Position numbers and translations under genes: made by a program. A model generated the notes under the pieces. That model had not been told where the DNA came from, ran no database searches, and worked only from the letters and a program-made list of their open reading frames with translations. Shown here piece by piece: positions 63,370 through 64,000 of a DNA stretch of 64,000 nt; within the stretch, counting starts at the first letter, position 1, and every line of letters begins with the position of its first letter. Source of the DNA: Hemiscyllium ocellatum (taxonomy: Eukaryota); the NCBI RefSeq assembly GCF_020745735.1, contig NC_083449.1, positions 5,368,923 through 5,432,922 on the forward strand, written 5' to 3'.

Positions 63370-64000
63370 CTACGAAGCAACACCTCTACAGCTCCACAAT
63401 GGGGCTACCCAATACAAGTTTGTATCTGGATCGGAGAGTTTCCTTATCAATCCATACCTGTCAGTTCCTGCGAGGTGAATATGGGAGTACGGCTGTCAAC
63501 CTGTACCTGTCAGTATAGGCCGTGCAAATGTGAGATTTAATATAGTTATCAATCTCTCCCTGTCACTGTCTGCAATGTCCAAAATGTATTTACTAGAGTG
63601 TGACAGGGACAGATTGATAACTACATTCACGTAGCATAAACTGACAGGTATAGATTGATAACTGAACTCATATCCACATAGTAGAAACTGGCAGAGACTG
63701 ATTGATAAATACATTTTAAATAAATGGATCAGTCCCTATGTGCTTCACCGATGGGGATGTGAGAGTTTAGTTATCAATATATACCTGTCAGTTTCTGCTG
63801 TTGTGAATGTGTGAATTTACTTAATCTTTCCTAAACAGTTTCTGCTGTGTATCTGACAGTGTAGTTACCAACCTGAACCTGTCAGTTTCAGCTTTGAGAA
63901 CGGGTGTGTCATTCTCAGTATCTCCCTGCCAGTTTCTGCTGTATGAATATTAAATGCAGTCATCAATTTGAACCTGTCAGTATCTTCTGTGTGAATCTAG
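63370..64000. repeat. Degenerate ~50-bp satellite, same family as 13100-14300, with orientation switches; runs off the window end
   Basis: tagttatcaat..acctgtcagtttctgc units (minus) flank aactgacaggtatagattgataac units (plus, ~63600-63715). Confidence 0.65.

Overview
Eukaryotic genomic DNA from an elasmobranch, judged from HE1-type tRNA-SINEs plus abundant CR1 and Penelope repeats; a bamboo/carpet shark is my guess. Most of the window is degraded transposable element sequence. Non-repeat content: (i) a replication-dependent histone quartet at 5.6-11.3 kb, H2B(+) H2A(+) H3.2(-) H4(-), each with a 3' stem-loop. H2A has lost its ATG and its SGRGK N-terminus. (ii) A minus-strand, multi-exon Ig-superfamily receptor pseudogene (FCRL/PECAM-like) at 15.7-30.0 kb with two Ig exons, a TM exon and several tyrosine-motif cytoplasmic exons, plus a partial duplicate of its cytoplasmic half at 38.5-46.9 kb. 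(iii) A decayed C2H2 zinc-finger exon at 53.7-54.2 kb. (iv) An orphan CpG-rich promoter-like patch at about 37.6 kb. Three distinct Penelope-like terminal-repeat families each carry a minimal hammerhead-ribozyme motif. They recur as TSD-flanked fold-back insertions, the largest a 1.6-kb palindrome. Also present: a near full-length CR1 with an esterase-type ORF1, solo LTRs, a LINE-derived minisatellite and a degenerate ~50-bp satellite. Exon and repeat boundaries were read by eye; repeat boundaries are approximate.
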